NCBI RefSeq assembly: GCF_000143415.4
Contig: NW_003314293.1
Span: 124,001 to 188,000, forward strand
From: Selaginella moellendorffii
Taxonomy: Eukaryota > Plantae > Lycopodiophyta
Direction of reading: 5' to 3'
Length of the DNA stretch: 64,000 nt
The translations under genes were made by a program, and so were the position numbers. The notes beneath the pieces are model-generated. The model did not search any database, had not been told where the DNA came from, and saw nothing but the letters and a program-made list of their open reading frames with translations. Position 1 is the first letter of the stretch; the number at the start of each line of letters is the position of its first letter. This document shows, piece by piece, positions 62,664 to 64,000 of this stretch.

Positions 62664-64000
62664 CGCCGCGCTGGACTGCCCTAGAATCCCACTTCGTAAT
62701 AAGTAATTCCCAGGATATGCGTTTCAAGCTTTGTCCACGTGGGCGGCTGGGATGCGCGCCACTTGGCAGACATCCATTGAGAGCATTGTAAGTGTGATTC
62801 AAGGAATTTTCCTGACAAAGAACTATTATTTAAATATTTTTGTGCCTTGCATCATATGTATTAATCCACAAATAAAAACAAGTTAAAAAAAAGAAGAAGT
62901 ATGTAAAAATATATAAAAGAGAATTAAAGAGAAACTCCCAAAAGAGAAGCTTCAATTCAACAGTCAAGTCAGTCGCAACAGATCCTTCGATCCCTACACA
63001 CAATTCCTTCTGCTTCGAAAATGCCGTGAAGAACTTGCCATTGAACAAGAACACGCACACAAATTAAACGCGTCAGTCAGTCAGAAAGGTGGCGGTGGAA
63101 CTTTTCCTTTTCAGGTGTTGAGACATCCAAGTCAATAAGGATCTCATTACCATCACAAACAATAATCACCATCTAAACTTCATAGCTTCAACCACATACT
63201 CTTTAGTTGAGCATAGAAAGATTTAAACATCAGCGCAGCCCACTGTTGCAAAGCCGGCACTTAAAATAATGCCCAAAACTCATACAAGAACTCTCCTCAG
63301 CCGGCCGAGCAGCCTCTATGTCGGCCTCAATTCACGACACCAATGTGGCTTTCCACGTAGCTCTCCTTTCCTTTCACCTTTCCAAGAGCCAAAAGATCTC
63401 GAAGATCACAGAGGGAGAAAAGGAAACATGTTTAGCGCGCGGGCAAAGTGATTTGCCGCATCTGGACTGTTGTTGGCTATAGAAGATCATCCAGGAGCCC
63501 TGAAAAGCAAGAAGTTGGTGTGTAGCATAGTAGCAAAAGCGTTGGGATAGAGAGAGAGAGAGAGAGAGAGCTAGCTCAGAGAGAAAGATTGACAATGCGA
63601 CTGCTATAGTTTACGAAGTCGTCTTAGTTAGACCACTGTTCCTGGGGAGAAAGAATAGAATTTCTCGCGACTTTTAAAAGCCAGCGCCATTCCACTTCCC
63701 TTACTCAGGTCATTTAGTCACACGCTCACGGTTTTCTCTCATGCACGTCGCCCTCGCTGCGCTATCCTCGCGTCTTCCTTGAATTCCTGGAGGAAGATCT
63801 GCCCCCCCCCCGCGATCGAATTCCTGGGAAGATCTTCTCCTTTTTGTTTTTGTAGCGGAATCTCAAAGTTTTTCTTCCTTGGCGGCCTTCTTTTTCCTCT
63901 TCCGGATGGCGGTCCAGTCGCGGCCAGCGGGCTTCCCCTCATTCGCTTCATCGCCCAGGCGCGATCGTCACACCAAGGAGAGAATTCCGCGGAGTTTGCT

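Noticed and set aside
63075-64000. Possible 3' exons of a minus-strand gene running off the right edge
   Set aside because: I could not assemble a consistent spliced frame or recognise a product.

Overview
Plant nuclear DNA, most likely a compact lycophyte genome such as Selaginella. This is inferred from the ~50-60 bp introns, the plant gene set and the N-gaps. About two thirds of the window is nested transposable elements. 1-2958 is the 5' part of a young Ty3/gypsy element with an open gag-protease frame. It has inserted into a large DNA transposon (>=2959-~10568). That transposon carries a decayed Sola-like DDD transposase gene (+) and a divergent ORF with a ParB/Srx (DGQHR-like) fold (-). 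It also has ~12 copies of a 22-bp palindrome, ATGGCRTGWGGCCWCAYGCCAT, which I saw nowhere else in the window. This ParB-like ORF + palindrome + transposase module is the best candidate for an undescribed system. 10.6-23.1 kb and 40.9-58.3 kb are nested LTR clusters. They include a non-coding LARD-like family inserted into itself and into a 5S-rRNA-bearing Cassandra-type LTR. A gene island at 26-33.4 kb holds an aspartic protease, ARP2, MRS2 and RPP3, the last with an intronic U40/SNORD46-type snoRNA. TTC5 lies at 60.7-62.7 kb. There are also orphan secreted-protein ORFs and several internally deleted gene remnants (GME, TLC-domain). All family assignments come from motif recognition by eye; no database search was run.
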